From sequence record ON529852.1: 64,000 nucleotides of DNA. The stretch is one strand, 5' to 3'. Below are positions 15,220-25,496 of this stretch, piece by piece (position 1 is the first letter of the stretch; the number at the start of each line of letters is the position of its first letter). The notes beneath the pieces were generated by a model. It was not told the origin of the DNA and ran no database searches. It saw only the letters and a program-made list of their open reading frames with translations. Made by a program: the position numbers and the translations under genes.

Positions 15220-16550
15220 GCGGTCAGGACCTTTTCGAGTTCGGCCGCGCCGCCGAGGAAATCGGCCTCGTGGAAGAACGCGTCCGTGCCAACGCCGACC
15301 CCGGCGTGGACGTCGCTGACGTCGAACACCAGCGGGAAGGTGCGCCAGCCGGGCTTGGCCGCTTCCTTGAGGCGCTTACGCTCTTCGGCGTCCTCGACCA
15401 GGATGAACTCGACCCGATGATCCGAACCCAGCAGCAGGGCCTTGGCCTTGTCGCAGTAGGGGCAGTTCGGCATGGTGTAGACGACGAACGCCTTGGGCAG
15501 GGCCGTGATCAGCGTCTTGGCGATCTTGCCGGCGCCGCCCTCGACCAGCAGCGGACCGCGCTTCAGGAAGCTGAAGGCGTTGTCCCAGCCCTGGGTTTCG
15601 CCCTTACCGTATTCCGTCGAGCGCTGCTCGAAGAAGTTGGTGTGGGTCGGGGCGTTCATGATCCAGTCAAGCCAGTCGAACGGGTTTTCCTTGACGCCGT
15701 AGTTGGCCTTCAGGCCCAGTTGCAGCAGGCGGCGGTCGGCGATGTAGCGGATATAGGCCTTGGCCTCGGCGGGCGTGACGCCCTCCACGCCGCCCAGGGA
15801 GAAGGCCTGGTCGATGAAGGCGTCTTCCAGGTCCACCATGTCGCGGCAGGCCTGATAGATGCGCTGCTTGGTCTCGTCGTTCCAGATACGCGGATGCTCC
15901 TTGATCAGTTCGTGGAGCAGCTTGATCATCGATTCGACGTGGTGGCTCTCGTCGCGGATCGACCATTCGACGATCGTCGTCATGCCCTTCATCAGGCCGC
16001 GACGTTGGAACGACATCAGCAGGGCGAACGACGAGAACAACTGCATGCCTTCGCCGAAGGCCGAGAAGACGGCGATGTCGACGGCCAGATCGGAGATGCC
16101 CTTGCCGGTGTTGCGCTCGAACATGTATTCGTGCTTGGAGCGCATCGCGGCGTAGTCCTGGAACGCCTTGAACTCGATTTCAGGCAGACCCAGCGTGTCG
16201 ATCAAAGTCGCGTAGGCGTCGATATGGTTCGCCTCGGCAGCAATGAACGACCCGATCATCATCCGCAGTTCAGGATGCTGGAAGCGCAGGGCGTACTTTT
16301 CGAAGTATCCGCGCGCGACATCGACATCGGCTTGAGTGAAGAATCGAAAAAGCTGGGTGAGGAGCGACTTTTCATTGTCGTTCAGCTTCTTCTGCCAGTC
16401 CTTGACGTCTTCCGCCATCGGGGCTTCGTGCGGCAGCCAGTGCATGGACTGCATCGTCTTGTAGGCCTGGTAGGCCCAGGGGTAGGCGAAGGGTTTGTAG
16501 TAGTCGCGCGGCTCAAGGAGCGAGGGCTGGACGTGGGGAGCGGTGGTCAT
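15216..16550 (-). CDS. nrdB: class Ia ribonucleotide reductase beta subunit fused to C-terminal glutaredoxin
   Basis: FFTQAD, EANH, EGMQLFSSF, RDESHH, NFFEQR; C-terminal YTMPNCPYCDKAK...TFPLVF. Confidence 0.93.
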   Translation of the reverse strand: MTTAPHVQPSLLEPRDYYKPFAYPWAYQAYKTMQSMHWLPHEAPMAEDVKDWQKKLNDNEKSLLTQLFRFFTQADVDVARGYFEKYALRFQHPELRMMIGSFIAAEANHIDAYATLIDTLGLPEIEFKAFQDYAAMRSKHEYMFERNTGKGISDLAVDIAVFSAFGEGMQLFSSFALLMSFQRRGLMKGMTTIVEWSIRDESHHVESMIKLLHELIKEHPRIWNDETKQRIYQACRDMVDLEDAFIDQAFSLGGVEGVTPAEAKAYIRYIADRRLLQLGLKANYGVKENPFDWLDWIMNAPTHTNFFEQRSTEYGKGETQGWDNAFSFLKRGPLLVEGGAGKIAKTLITALPKAFVVYTMPNCPYCDKAKALLLGSDHRVEFILVEDAEERKRLKEAAKPGWRTFPLVFDVSDVHAGVGVGTDAFFHEADFLGGAAELEKVLTA

Positions 16551-16557
16551 GTCTATC

Positions 16558-17127
16558 TCAGATGTGGATGGGGTCGGGGGCTTGGTTGCCCCACAGAGCC
16601 CAGCCGGGGCGGGCGCGGCGGGCGAAAAGTTCGATCTTGGTCGCCTCGGGGTAGAGGGCCTCGATCCGTTCGTGGACGTCGTCCGGTTTGCGGGAATGTT
16701 CGGCGCGCGGCGCGAAGACGGTCTGGACCACCTTCTCGCTCGCCAGCTTCATCGGGCGACCCTTGGCGACCGGAGAGGCCGCCAGGACGTATTCGGTCAG
16801 CGGCTTCACGATGGAGGGGCGCACCCCCTGGGCGCCGATGGGCGTGCCGTCCATCTTGGTCTTGATCCAGACGAACGCCACGCCGCGATAGTGCAGCTTC
16901 CAGGCGCGCAGGCAGTCGATCGCGAAGTCGAGGCGCGGCGCCGTCACCCACATGAACAGGACGCCGTTGTCGGACAGAAGCTGGCGCATGGGAAACGCCA
17001 GCAGGTCCGCGTCGGGCATCGTGGGGTAGTGGTTAGCCGCCGCGCCCATCTTGTCCTGCTGGCCGTGGTATTCCCACGGCGGGTCGGCCAGCACGACATC
17101 GAAGGTCCCCTGAGGGAGGGCGATCAC
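16558..17127 (-). CDS. MT-A70 family adenine methyltransferase
   Basis: VVLADPPW, LFMWVT, WIKT, HSRKP, ELFARR. Confidence 0.88.
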   Translation of the reverse strand: MIALPQGTFDVVLADPPWEYHGQQDKMGAAANHYPTMPDADLLAFPMRQLLSDNGVLFMWVTAPRLDFAIDCLRAWKLHYRGVAFVWIKTKMDGTPIGAQGVRPSIVKPLTEYVLAASPVAKGRPMKLASEKVVQTVFAPRAEHSRKPDDVHERIEALYPEATKIELFARRARPGWALWGNQAPDPIHI

Positions 17128-17131
17128 GCCC

Positions 17132-19957
17132 TTACCCTTCGCACGCGATGCAGGTGCTGTCGTCGAGCGGGTTGGCGCTGAGGCCGTTCGACGGCGGCGC
17201 CTCGTAGGCCTCGATCACCTTGCGCTCCACCTTGGAGTTGGTGTTCTCGGCGCGACGCGGCGTCGTCGAGCGGTAATAGTAGAGGCTCTTCAGCGGCGCG
17301 CCCTCGCCGTCCGGGTCCCAGGCCATGTAGTGGACCTCGGTCGCATAGCCGGCGTCGGCGTCGTGCGGGAAGGCCAGGTTGATCGACTGCGCCTGGTCGA
17401 TTTCACCCTGACGATCACGGGCGTGCTGGACGACCCAGCGCATATCCAGTTCCGTGAAGGTCTTGAACACGGCGCGGACGTGATCCCAGTCGTCGGCGTC
17501 CACGAAGGTGCCGAAGATGTCGTAGACCGCCGGCTCGCCCAGCTTCTCGATACGCACGCCCAGGTTCTGGATCGACCCCTCGTCCGCGACGATGGCCTTC
17601 CAGACCTCGGCCGTATCCAGGTTCCGCTTGCGCAGTTCACGGATCAGGAAGGGGTTCTTGACCGCGAAGGAGCCTGACAGGGTCTTCTGGAGGTAGGCGT
17701 TGGCGCGCCAGGGCTCGACCGACGGCGAGGTGTTGCCGCACAGGATCGAGGAGGAGGCGTTCGGCGCGATCGCCAGCTTGTGGGCGAAGCGTTCGCCGGT
17801 GCCGGCCATGTCCGGAGCCTCGCCGCGCTCAGCGCCGAGGACCAGCGACGCCTGGTCGGCGTCCGCCCGGATGTGGCGGAAGATCAGCTTGTTGATCTCA
17901 CGCGCCGCATTCGATTCGAACGCGATCATCTTGCGCTGGAGCAGGGCGTGGAAGCCGAGCAGGCCCAGACCCACCGACCGCTCCTGGGTCGCCGAATAGA
18001 CCGCATAGGCCAGTTCCGGCGGGGCGTCGTTGATGAAGACCTCCAGGCAGTTGTCGAGCATCCGCATCAGGTCGGGGATGAACTCCGGCACGGCGCTCCA
18101 CTCGGGATACTTCTCGCCGTTCACCGACGACAGGCAGCAGACGGCGGTGCGCTTGGCGCCCGTGTCGTCACGGCCGGTCGCCAGGGTGATCTCGGTGCAG
18201 TTGCCGGTCAGCAGGCCGTTGAAGACGCCGCGCGACCGCTGGGATTCGGTGAAGCAGAAGGTGTCCGACTTCCAGGCCAGGGGCTGGACATCAACGACGA
18301 CCGGCAGAGGGGTCAGCTTGCCGATGTGATCTTCCGGCAAACGTGACTCCTGCTTGACCAGCAGGCCCTTGTTCGCCAGGCGATGCACGTCATAGACGTT
18401 CAGCATGAAGCCGGCGCCGGTATCGGTGATACGCACGCGCGGGGTCAGACCGGCTTCCAGAGCCGCCAGTCGCATCTCACGCACCAGATCGGCGTCGGTC
18501 GTGGCGACCGACAGGTAATCCCGGAACCCGGTGGCGTCCGCCTGGTCCAGTTCGATCCACTCGCCCGCCGCATCCATGACGCCGGCGAACCAGGCCAGAC
18601 GCGCCTCTTGCGACCAGCGCAGGGGAGCGCGGCCCGACGGGATCGTCTGGGGTTCGAAGCGGATGTAGAGACCTTCCGCGACCGTGTCGGCCTGGGAGTC
18701 CACCGACACCGACAACAGCCGCTTCAGGACGCCCACGTCGGTCTCCCGCGCGAACACCGACAGTCGGTTCTTGTCCTCGAAACCGGTGAAGGTCGCATAG
18801 CCCGCCGTGTAGGCGGTGTCGATCGAATGGGCGGCGTCGTTCGGGTTGACGACGGTCGGATGGTTGGCCGGCTCCAGGCGCAGGCCCGGCGTCAGTTCGC
18901 CGGCGCGTTTCAGGCCTTCGGTGGTGTAGAACTTGTGGTGGGGCGTGCAGTCCAGATGCGAACCGTCTTCAAACCAGACGCGCACCAGTTCCTGGGCCGT
19001 GCCGGTCTGCTCGACGGTGGTGACGCTCCAGTCCTCGCCGTTCCAGACCTCGACCTGCTGGCCCTTGAGGGCGCCGATCGGCGCATAACCGTCGCGGGTC
19101 AGGATTTCCGTCTGCGGCGTGACGCACAGGTTGGACTGATTGACGCGCAGGCCCTTGGCCTTCTGCGTTTCCGGCAGAGCGGCGTTGGCATGATCGACGA
19201 AGAACAGATAGGGCTCGCCCGTCTGCTTGCGGGTCTCGATGATCAGGCGCCACAGAGCGCGGGCGTCCACCGTCTCGGTGACCGCCTTGGTCTTCGGGTC
19301 GACCAGATCGAACGTGCCTTCATCGCCGACGGCCCGCATGAACTCGTCGGTGATGCAGACGGCGTTGTGCAGGTTGGTGAACTTGCGGTTCTCGTCGCCG
19401 CCCGTCGGCTTGCGACCGGTGATGAACTCGACCACCTCGGGGTGGCTGATGTCCAGGTAGGCCGCGTAGGAGCCGCGACGGGTGCCGCCCTGGCTGACCG
19501 ACAGGATCAGGCGGTCAACGGTGGCGATGAAGGGGACGACGCCGGTCGAGGCCGAGCCCTTGGAGGTCTTGGCGCCGTTCGAGCGCAGGCCGCCCCAGTA
19601 GCCGCCGACGCCGCCGCCGACCGACGACAGCCAACCCGTCTCGGCCCAGTGATCGAAGATGCCGGCGCGGCTGTCTTCGGCGGTGGTCAAGAAGCAGGAG
19701 ATCGGCAGGCCGCGATCGGTGCCGCCGTTCGACAGCAGCGGCGTGGCGAACATGAACCAGCCCTGGGACACGTAGTCGTACAGGCGCTGGGCATGGGCTT
19801 CATCGTCGGCGAAGGCGGCCGAGGCGCGCGCGAAGGCCTCCTGAGGCGAGGTCTCGCCAGGGATCAGGTAGCGGTCCCGGAACGTCTGAAGGGTGAATTC
19901 ATCGAACACCTCGTCGCGCGTGAGATTAAGACGAAGAGACGAGCGATCGACAGACAT
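17132..19957 (-). CDS. nrdA: class Ia ribonucleotide reductase alpha subunit with intein
   Basis: ATPLLSNGG, PISCFL, SNL[intein]CTEI, LGLLG, IAPNASSS, SLYYY, C-terminal CIAC. Confidence 0.95.
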   Translation of the reverse strand: MSVDRSSLRLNLTRDEVFDEFTLQTFRDRYLIPGETSPQEAFARASAAFADDEAHAQRLYDYVSQGWFMFATPLLSNGGTDRGLPISCFLTTAEDSRAGIFDHWAETGWLSSVGGGVGGYWGGLRSNGAKTSKGSASTGVVPFIATVDRLILSVSQGGTRRGSYAAYLDISHPEVVEFITGRKPTGGDENRKFTNLHNAVCITDEFMRAVGDEGTFDLVDPKTKAVTETVDARALWRLIIETRKQTGEPYLFFVDHANAALPETQKAKGLRVNQSNLCVTPQTEILTRDGYAPIGALKGQQVEVWNGEDWSVTTVEQTGTAQELVRVWFEDGSHLDCTPHHKFYTTEGLKRAGELTPGLRLEPANHPTVVNPNDAAHSIDTAYTAGYATFTGFEDKNRLSVFARETDVGVLKRLLSVSVDSQADTVAEGLYIRFEPQTIPSGRAPLRWSQEARLAWFAGVMDAAGEWIELDQADATGFRDYLSVATTDADLVREMRLAALEAGLTPRVRITDTGAGFMLNVYDVHRLANKGLLVKQESRLPEDHIGKLTPLPVVVDVQPLAWKSDTFCFTESQRSRGVFNGLLTGNCTEITLATGRDDTGAKRTAVCCLSSVNGEKYPEWSAVPEFIPDLMRMLDNCLEVFINDAPPELAYAVYSATQERSVGLGLLGFHALLQRKMIAFESNAAREINKLIFRHIRADADQASLVLGAERGEAPDMAGTGERFAHKLAIAPNASSSILCGNTSPSVEPWRANAYLQKTLSGSFAVKNPFLIRELRKRNLDTAEVWKAIVADEGSIQNLGVRIEKLGEPAVYDIFGTFVDADDWDHVRAVFKTFTELDMRWVVQHARDRQGEIDQAQSINLAFPHDADAGYATEVHYMAWDPDGEGAPLKSLYYYRSTTPRRAENTNSKVERKVIEAYEAPPSNGLSANPLDDSTCIACEG
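18200..19126 (-). mobile_element. intein (309 aa) in NrdA with degenerate LAGLIDADG region
   Basis: Begins CVTPQTEILTRDG, ends GVFNGLLTGN before the catalytic C of CTEI; block B L.CTPHHKF; LAWFAGVMDAAG. Confidence 0.9.
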
Positions 19958-20037
19958 AGGCGTTTCCGAAGAAAAAGGCTCTGCCCAGCAAAAAGTGCTG
20001 TCTAAACAGAGCCTTAGAGATTTAGTGAAAGGTGGTC

Positions 20038-20078
20038 ACTCTATCGAGAAACCGGTTGATTGTCAATTATTACGGCAG
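20038..20078 (-). promoter_or_regulatory. sigma70-type promoter of nrdA with CTGCCGT-N5 element
   Basis: CTGCCGT-AATAA-TTGACA, 17 nt, TAGAGT. Confidence 0.7.
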
Positions 20079-20129
20079 TCAGTTGGGGAGATTGATTCCT
20101 TGACAGGCACTCATCCCGAAACGTGACTC

Positions 20130-20351
20130 CTACTCGTCCGCGTACTTCAGATTGGCCGCGCGCAGGATGTCCCTGACATTGCACAGCTTTCCATCCAGGG
20201 TGTAGCCCAGCTTGGTCTCCTTCATACGGGGACCGAGAATCGTCTGGGCGATCTCCATCAGAGGCGGCGGGTCGTTGAAAGGCACGACGGGGTGGTTGTC
20301 CTCGCGCGGCAGGCGCTTGGACAGTTTCTCGTTGACGGGTTTGCGAGCCAT
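20130..20351 (-). CDS. hypothetical protein
   Basis: 73-aa ORF in the minus-strand operon. Confidence 0.65.
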   Translation of the reverse strand: MARKPVNEKLSKRLPREDNHPVVPFNDPPPLMEIAQTILGPRMKETKLGYTLDGKLCNVRDILRAANLKYADE

Positions 20352-20354
20352 AGG

Positions 20355-20636
20355 CTAGGCGGCCCCTTTACAGGTCTTGGGATGGGCGTTGTCCGGGACG
20401 ACGCAGGTGCGCTCGGTGCGGACGCAGATTTGGCGCGGATGATCGACGTCGATCCACTGTCCCTGGACCAGGCGACGGACCTGGCCCAGTTCGGTGCGGT
20501 AGGCGGCGCAGGTCGTCTCCCAGTACGGCCGGGGCTTGATCACCCCGACCGCTTTGGAGACCTCGTAGGCGCCCCCGGCCGCGCCGGCGAGCGCCACGAA
20601 CCAGAACGCGACGCGTAGCTGAGTGACGATGCGCAT
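20355..20636 (-). CDS. hypothetical membrane-anchored protein with 4 Cys
   Basis: N-terminal hydrophobic helix, 93 aa. Confidence 0.65.
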   Translation of the reverse strand: MRIVTQLRVAFWFVALAGAAGGAYEVSKAVGVIKPRPYWETTCAAYRTELGQVRRLVQGQWIDVDHPRQICVRTERTCVVPDNAHPKTCKGAA

Positions 20637-21067
20637 CAGGCGCCGCGCACCCGGTCGGGATAGGCGGTGTGGATCGGACTCGGGGCCGTGATCTTGACCT
20701 TGGTGATCCGATGCGGCGGATAGTGGACCAGCACATGCGGCTGGTTCGTCTGGACCGAGCGATAGCCCGTCGCGATGATGGCCGAGACGTGCTCGCGCGC
20801 CGCCGGCATCGACGGCAGGTCGTATTCGTAGACGAGGCCGTCGTCGATATAGACCGAGACGACCCAGTTCTGCGGAATTGTCCCACCGCCGGCCGCAGCG
20901 GCGTCGCCAGGGCCTCCCCGATAAACGTCGCGGGGCACGGCGCTGCCGCCGCCGAGGGTCGAGACCGCCGCCTCGCCGCCGCCCACGACGACGGGAACGT
21001 CAGCGGCGGAGGCGTAGGGACGTCCGGACGCGTCTTCGCGCCCCATGCCGAGGAAACCGGGGCTCAC
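20636..21067 (-). CDS. hypothetical protein
   Basis: 143-aa ORF, TGATG coupling to the next gene. Confidence 0.65.
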   Translation of the reverse strand: MSPGFLGMGREDASGRPYASAADVPVVVGGGEAAVSTLGGGSAVPRDVYRGGPGDAAAAGGGTIPQNWVVSVYIDDGLVYEYDLPSMPAAREHVSAIIATGYRSVQTNQPHVLVHYPPHRITKVKITAPSPIHTAYPDRVRGA

Positions 21068-21070
21068 GCC

Positions 21071-21445
21071 CTAGCCCTCGACGGTCGAGACGGCCCCGGC
21101 CAGGGCTTCGTCGGCGGCGTCGGCGATCGCGTCTTCCGCCTCGCCGGCTTCAAGCTGCTGCGTGACGCTGCGCAGGGTCTCATTGACCAGGTTGACGGCG
21201 CTGCGGAAGTCTTCCGGCTGCGTCTGGATGATGTTCGACACCGCCAGGGCGATCACGTCGACGATCGACACCGGGAACGACTTGTCCGGGTAGAGTTCGT
21301 TCATCTTGGCGCCGTGCAGGCCCAGGCCGACGGTGAAACCGCCGCCGGGGGCTTCGGTCAGGGTGATGATGGCCTTGGGGGCTTCGGTCATGGCGGACTT
21401 CTTGGCTTGACGGCGCTGGAGGCGCGACTTGGAGGAGGTGGTCAT
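21071..21445 (-). CDS. hypothetical protein
   Basis: 124-aa ORF. Confidence 0.7.
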   Translation of the reverse strand: MTTSSKSRLQRRQAKKSAMTEAPKAIITLTEAPGGGFTVGLGLHGAKMNELYPDKSFPVSIVDVIALAVSNIIQTQPEDFRSAVNLVNETLRSVTQQLEAGEAEDAIADAADEALAGAVSTVEG

Positions 21446-21457
21446 GAGACTCTTGGG

Positions 21458-21783
21458 TTAGGCGCCGAGCGGTTCGTCTTCTCGGCGCAGCAGGTGTTGA
21501 ATGCGGTTGGCGGCGTCGACCTCGTTGATCGAGCCCGACGCCAGCAGTTCATCCATGCGGTCGGCGATCAGGCCCTCTTCGTCGAGGGTCAGGACCGCGA
21601 GGAGGTAGAGACCCGCCAGCGAGACGTGCTTGCGGATGTCCGGCCGTTCAGGGAAGTTGACGATCAGTTCCACGTCGGCTTCTTCGTCGTCGCCGACGTC
21701 AAAGAGGTCCAGCGTGTATTGCCGCAGCGCGAACAGATCGTCGGTGGGGGTAGAGGACATGACCGGCGGTCTCCAGAACGTCA
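21458..21783 (-). CDS. hypothetical acidic protein
   Basis: ORF 21458-21802; true start uncertain, near 21783-21762. Confidence 0.6.
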
Positions 21784-21842
21784 TTGCCGTGATTGTTGTC
21801 AATCATTGTCATGATGGCTGGCGCCGGTCAACGGTGTTTCCC

Positions 21843-22112
21843 CTAAGAAACCCTGTCGGTTGAGGGAGTTGACCCGAAGCGCGCAGGAGGGTGCGGCAGC
21901 GGAGTCCACCATTCGTGATAGCCCGGCCAACCGCCCAGATTGACCACGGCGGTGAAGTCGCCGATCGACAGTTCGTAGCCCCGGCCCAGGCACAGGGGCG
22001 AACCGACATAGGGCGCCTCGGTGACCGGGTTGGTCCACCACAGAACGTCGCCCATGTCCTCGTGCCACTCGTCGATATGTCGGGCGTCAGGGGACGGCGG
22101 GCGCGCGGTCAT
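21843..22112 (-). CDS. hypothetical protein (Trp-rich)
   Basis: Start re-assigned to ATG 22112 (MTARPPSPDARHIDEWHED...). Confidence 0.6.
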   Translation of the reverse strand: MTARPPSPDARHIDEWHEDMGDVLWWTNPVTEAPYVGSPLCLGRGYELSIGDFTAVVNLGGWPGYHEWWTPLPHPPARFGSTPSTDRVS

Positions 22113-22330
22113 GCCCATTCTCCCTGATGCAGGCGGCTGTCGCCGTATTGGCGCTCCAGCGGGGCCTTGAAAACGACGTCCTGGGGGCCGGCGACCTTCT
22201 TGGCGTAGGGCGGGATGAAGAGCCCGGACATGCCGGGCTCGTCGATCCAATCCTGCCACTCCGACCGCGCCGCCTGCTCGACCAGATACCACTGATCGCG
22301 CACCTGGGAGAGGAAGTAGTAGCCTCGCAT
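22109..22330 (-). CDS. hypothetical protein
   Basis: MRGYYFLSQVRDQWY...; coupled to the thyX stop. Confidence 0.6.
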   Translation of the reverse strand: MRGYYFLSQVRDQWYLVEQAARSEWQDWIDEPGMSGLFIPPYAKKVAGPQDVVFKAPLERQYGDSRLHQGEWA

Positions 22331-23265
22331 CACAGGCACTCGTTCGGCACGAACTTGCGGAACTGGGCGAAGCCCTTGAGATTGCCCTGCACCCAGTCAG
22401 GCTCGACGTCGAAGGCGATGCGGGCCTGGTGCTCCAGCGGCGAGGCGTGCAACGGCGTGGCGCCGGCCAGGCGCAGATAGAGGTTGAGATCAGTGTCGAT
22501 CTCGGGACGGGCGCCGTCGTGCTTGGAATAGCTGACGCGGCAGCAGCGGGCGGTGGAGATCGCCAGCAGCAGAGCATCGACCGGCGACACGCGTTCGAAC
22601 GGTCCGCCCAGGTTCTTGACGCCGCACAGGGTGTCGATGATCTGGTAGGCGAGCGGATGACGATTGAGTTCGAGGACCACCCGCTTGGCGTCGGCGATGT
22701 CGTCTTCGGTGACATAGGGCAGATGCCAGTCGCCTTCGCGCAGCAGGCGCGGTTCGGCGTCCTGGCGCGCCTGCTTGATCGCCTGGGCCAGATGCATGAT
22801 CTCGTCCTGGGCGTCGGTGTGGTCGCGCAGGGCGTCGAAGTTCGACCAGGTGGTCGAGGTGGCGACCACCTCGATATAGCCGAACCATTCCAGCGGCCGG
22901 TTGACCCACTGCTTGTGCACGTTCAGGCCGTCCTTGGCCGCCAGCAGACGGGTCTTCTCCAGGACGAAGTCCGCCATCTCTCGCCAGATCGCCTCGGCCT
23001 CGGCCTGCTTGTCCGGCGACAGGAAGTCCCCCGGCTGCATGCCGGGCTGATTGACGCGGAACTGCGGGACGTAGATGTCGGCGTCGCGGATCGTCAGCGA
23101 GGCGTGAGGAATGGCGCGGCTCGACGAAGCGTTGCGGCTGAAGACGCGGTGCGTCATGAAGTCGGCGTGCACCATGCGCGGGTAGCGCAGTTGCAGGGTG
23201 TCGATGCGCTCGCCGTCCTCGGTGATCGAGGAGGCGATGGATTTAGCGGTGATTTGAGGAATCAT
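22330..23265 (-). CDS. thyX: FAD-dependent thymidylate synthase
   Basis: Start re-assigned to 23265 (MIPQITAK); QLRYPR, THRVFSRNASSSRAIP, HASPLEH. Confidence 0.9.
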   Translation of the reverse strand: MIPQITAKSIASSITEDGERIDTLQLRYPRMVHADFMTHRVFSRNASSSRAIPHASLTIRDADIYVPQFRVNQPGMQPGDFLSPDKQAEAEAIWREMADFVLEKTRLLAAKDGLNVHKQWVNRPLEWFGYIEVVATSTTWSNFDALRDHTDAQDEIMHLAQAIKQARQDAEPRLLREGDWHLPYVTEDDIADAKRVVLELNRHPLAYQIIDTLCGVKNLGGPFERVSPVDALLLAISTARCCRVSYSKHDGARPEIDTDLNLYLRLAGATPLHASPLEHQARIAFDVEPDWVQGNLKGFAQFRKFVPNECL

Positions 23266-23504
23266 TCGGAAGGCTTCCAGTCCTTGGACCAGCTTTGCTT
23301 GATCGCGGCGGTGAAGAGTTGAACGGGGCGGCTGTAGAAGTCGGCGAAGGCCTCCCAGGCGTCGCCCAGGGCGCTGGGAAGGACCCAAAGGACGGTCGGG
23401 GCCATGCCGACCACCATCACCGGCACGGCGATGAAGATCACCGCCAGGCGTCGCAGGAAGGTGGAGCGGATGCCGCCGATCAGGCCGTTGGGTCCGGGAG
23501 CCAT
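23262..23504 (-). CDS. small membrane protein
   Basis: 80 aa, long hydrophobic segment. Confidence 0.65.
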   Translation of the reverse strand: MAPGPNGLIGGIRSTFLRRLAVIFIAVPVMVVGMAPTVLWVLPSALGDAWEAFADFYSRPVQLFTAAIKQSWSKDWKPSE

Positions 23505-24124
23505 CAGACGATGGCCGGGCCGGTGGTGAAGGTCGCCAGCGGCACGGCGTGCGCCGGCGCCAGCAGCAGGGCGGTGTCACGCAGTTCGCGAACCGTGCGA
23601 TCGTTGACGATCGTCAGGTCGACCCGCAGCAAGGGGATTTCGCGTTCCGAGGCGTGGGCGCCGTAGACGTCCATGATCTTCTGATCGTCGCCGTGGTTGT
23701 TCATCTTGCGCGGGTCGGTGATCTTGACCAGAGACGCGCCCATGGAGCGCAGCATGGCCGCCTCGTTCAGGAACCGGCAGTCGGAACAGATCACGCCTTC
23801 GGCCCCATCACGCAGCAGGTCAGAGACCGTGCGTTCGAACGCCTTGACCCAGGTGTCGTCGAGGTAGCCCCGGAACATCTCGGTGCCGATCCGCTGAAGC
23901 AGTTCGCGCGGCGATTTGAACGGATAGCGATCCAGCGGCGTCTCTTTCAGCACCGGGTCCAGCATCTCGATGTAGGAGACGCCGTAGACGCGATGGCAGA
24001 CGTCCCGCACCGGGTCGGCGAAGTTGACGTGGGCGTAGCCGTAGGTTTCGGTCAGGGCTTCGGCGGCGGTGGTCTTGCCATGGCCGCGCAGTCCGGTGAA
24101 CGCGATGATGGGGCGGGCGCTCAT
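23504..24124 (-). CDS. deoxynucleoside monophosphate kinase
   Basis: IAFTGLRGHGKTT, FADP, PRELLQRIGTE, SDCRFLNE, HASE. Confidence 0.9.
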   Translation of the reverse strand: MSARPIIAFTGLRGHGKTTAAEALTETYGYAHVNFADPVRDVCHRVYGVSYIEMLDPVLKETPLDRYPFKSPRELLQRIGTEMFRGYLDDTWVKAFERTVSDLLRDGAEGVICSDCRFLNEAAMLRSMGASLVKITDPRKMNNHGDDQKIMDVYGAHASEREIPLLRVDLTIVNDRTVRELRDTALLLAPAHAVPLATFTTGPAIV

Positions 24125-24148
24125 GGGCGCAGTCCTTTCAGGCAAGGG

Positions 24149-25496
24149 TCAAACGAGGATTTTGAGGGTTTCAGCCGCACGGGTGATGCCGGTGTAGAGG
24201 TGCTTGTCCGCGTCCTCCCGGAAGCAGCCCGACTCGTCGATGAGCACGACATGGTCCGACTGCGAGCCCTGGAAGTTGTGCACCGTCAGCGCATAGGCCC
24301 AGTCGAGTTGGATCAGACGCTGCTTGGCCCGGTAGGCCGAGCGGCTGTCGGTCGAGAAGGAGTTCTTCTTGGTCGTGTAGTGCTCTTCGAACAGGCCCTG
24401 GAAGACGGCCTTGTCCATGTATTGCGCGCCGTCCTCGTCCTCGAACGACATGCGGCAGGCGTTCTGACCCGGCGAGAGATGGACCTGTTCCGACAGGCAG
24501 GTCGCCAGGGCGCCGTTGACCAGAGCCGGGTGCTCCTTGGAGTTCTTGCGCACGATCAGCGGCTCGCCGCCGACCGGACCGGAGGCCAGGCCTTCGCGGT
24601 ACATGCGCGTGATGCGCCAACGCGTCCGGTTGGTGCCGCACAGCACCTGGGGCACCTCGACGTCGAGACCTTGGCGGCGATCCGCCGACGCCTGGATCGC
24701 GCTCTCGGGATCATAGTCGCGTCGGCTCAAGACCTCGGCGCGGACGACGCCGGAGGAATCCTTGAACTGCCCCATCGGCAGGTCCTTGCCCTGGCGGGCC
24801 AGGGTGGCAAGCTGGATGATCGGGTTGTCGGCCGCCTGGCGGTGGATTTCCGTCAGGAAGAAATCGGGATCGCCCGCCGTCAGGCCCGGCTTGTCGCCGA
24901 CCGGAGGAAGCTGACCCGGATCGCCCATGGCGATGATCGGCACCTTGAACGACATCAGGTCGCGCGTCATCTGGAGGCCCACCATGGAGGCCTCGTCGAC
25001 GACGATCACCTTCTTGTTGGCGATCGCGCTGTCGCCGTTAAGCTGGAAGTTGATGCGGTCCTCGACGTAGCAGTTCTCCAGGTCGGCTTCGAGGCGGCGG
25101 ATCGTGGCCTGGACCTTGACGATCTCGGCATGAGCGCCGCCCGACTTCAGCAGGGCGTCGCGCGCGACCTGGGCGGCGTACAGTTCGTTTTCCAATTGCC
25201 CCACCGGCGCCGGCTTGGCGCGGTAGATGGCCGAATGGATCGTCGAGGCGAACGGCAGGGCGAACTTCTGCGCCTTCAGCTTGGCGCTCATGATCTTGGC
25301 GGCCTTGCCGGTCGGCGCACAGAAGCCGATCTCTTCCGGCTTGAAGCCCAGATCATCCAGAATGAACGGCAGGATGGTCGACTTACCGGTGCCCGCGTAG
25401 CCGCCGATATAGGTGACGTCCTCCGGATACTCGCCTTTCAGGCGGGCCGTGACGACGCGCACGGCGTCGCCCTGGTGTTCGGTAAGGGTGGTCATA
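24149..25496 (-). CDS. RecD/Dda-like SF1B helicase
   Basis: GYAGTGKS, APTGKAA, VDEASM, GDPGQLPP, YALTVHNFQGSQ, LYTGITRA. Confidence 0.9.
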
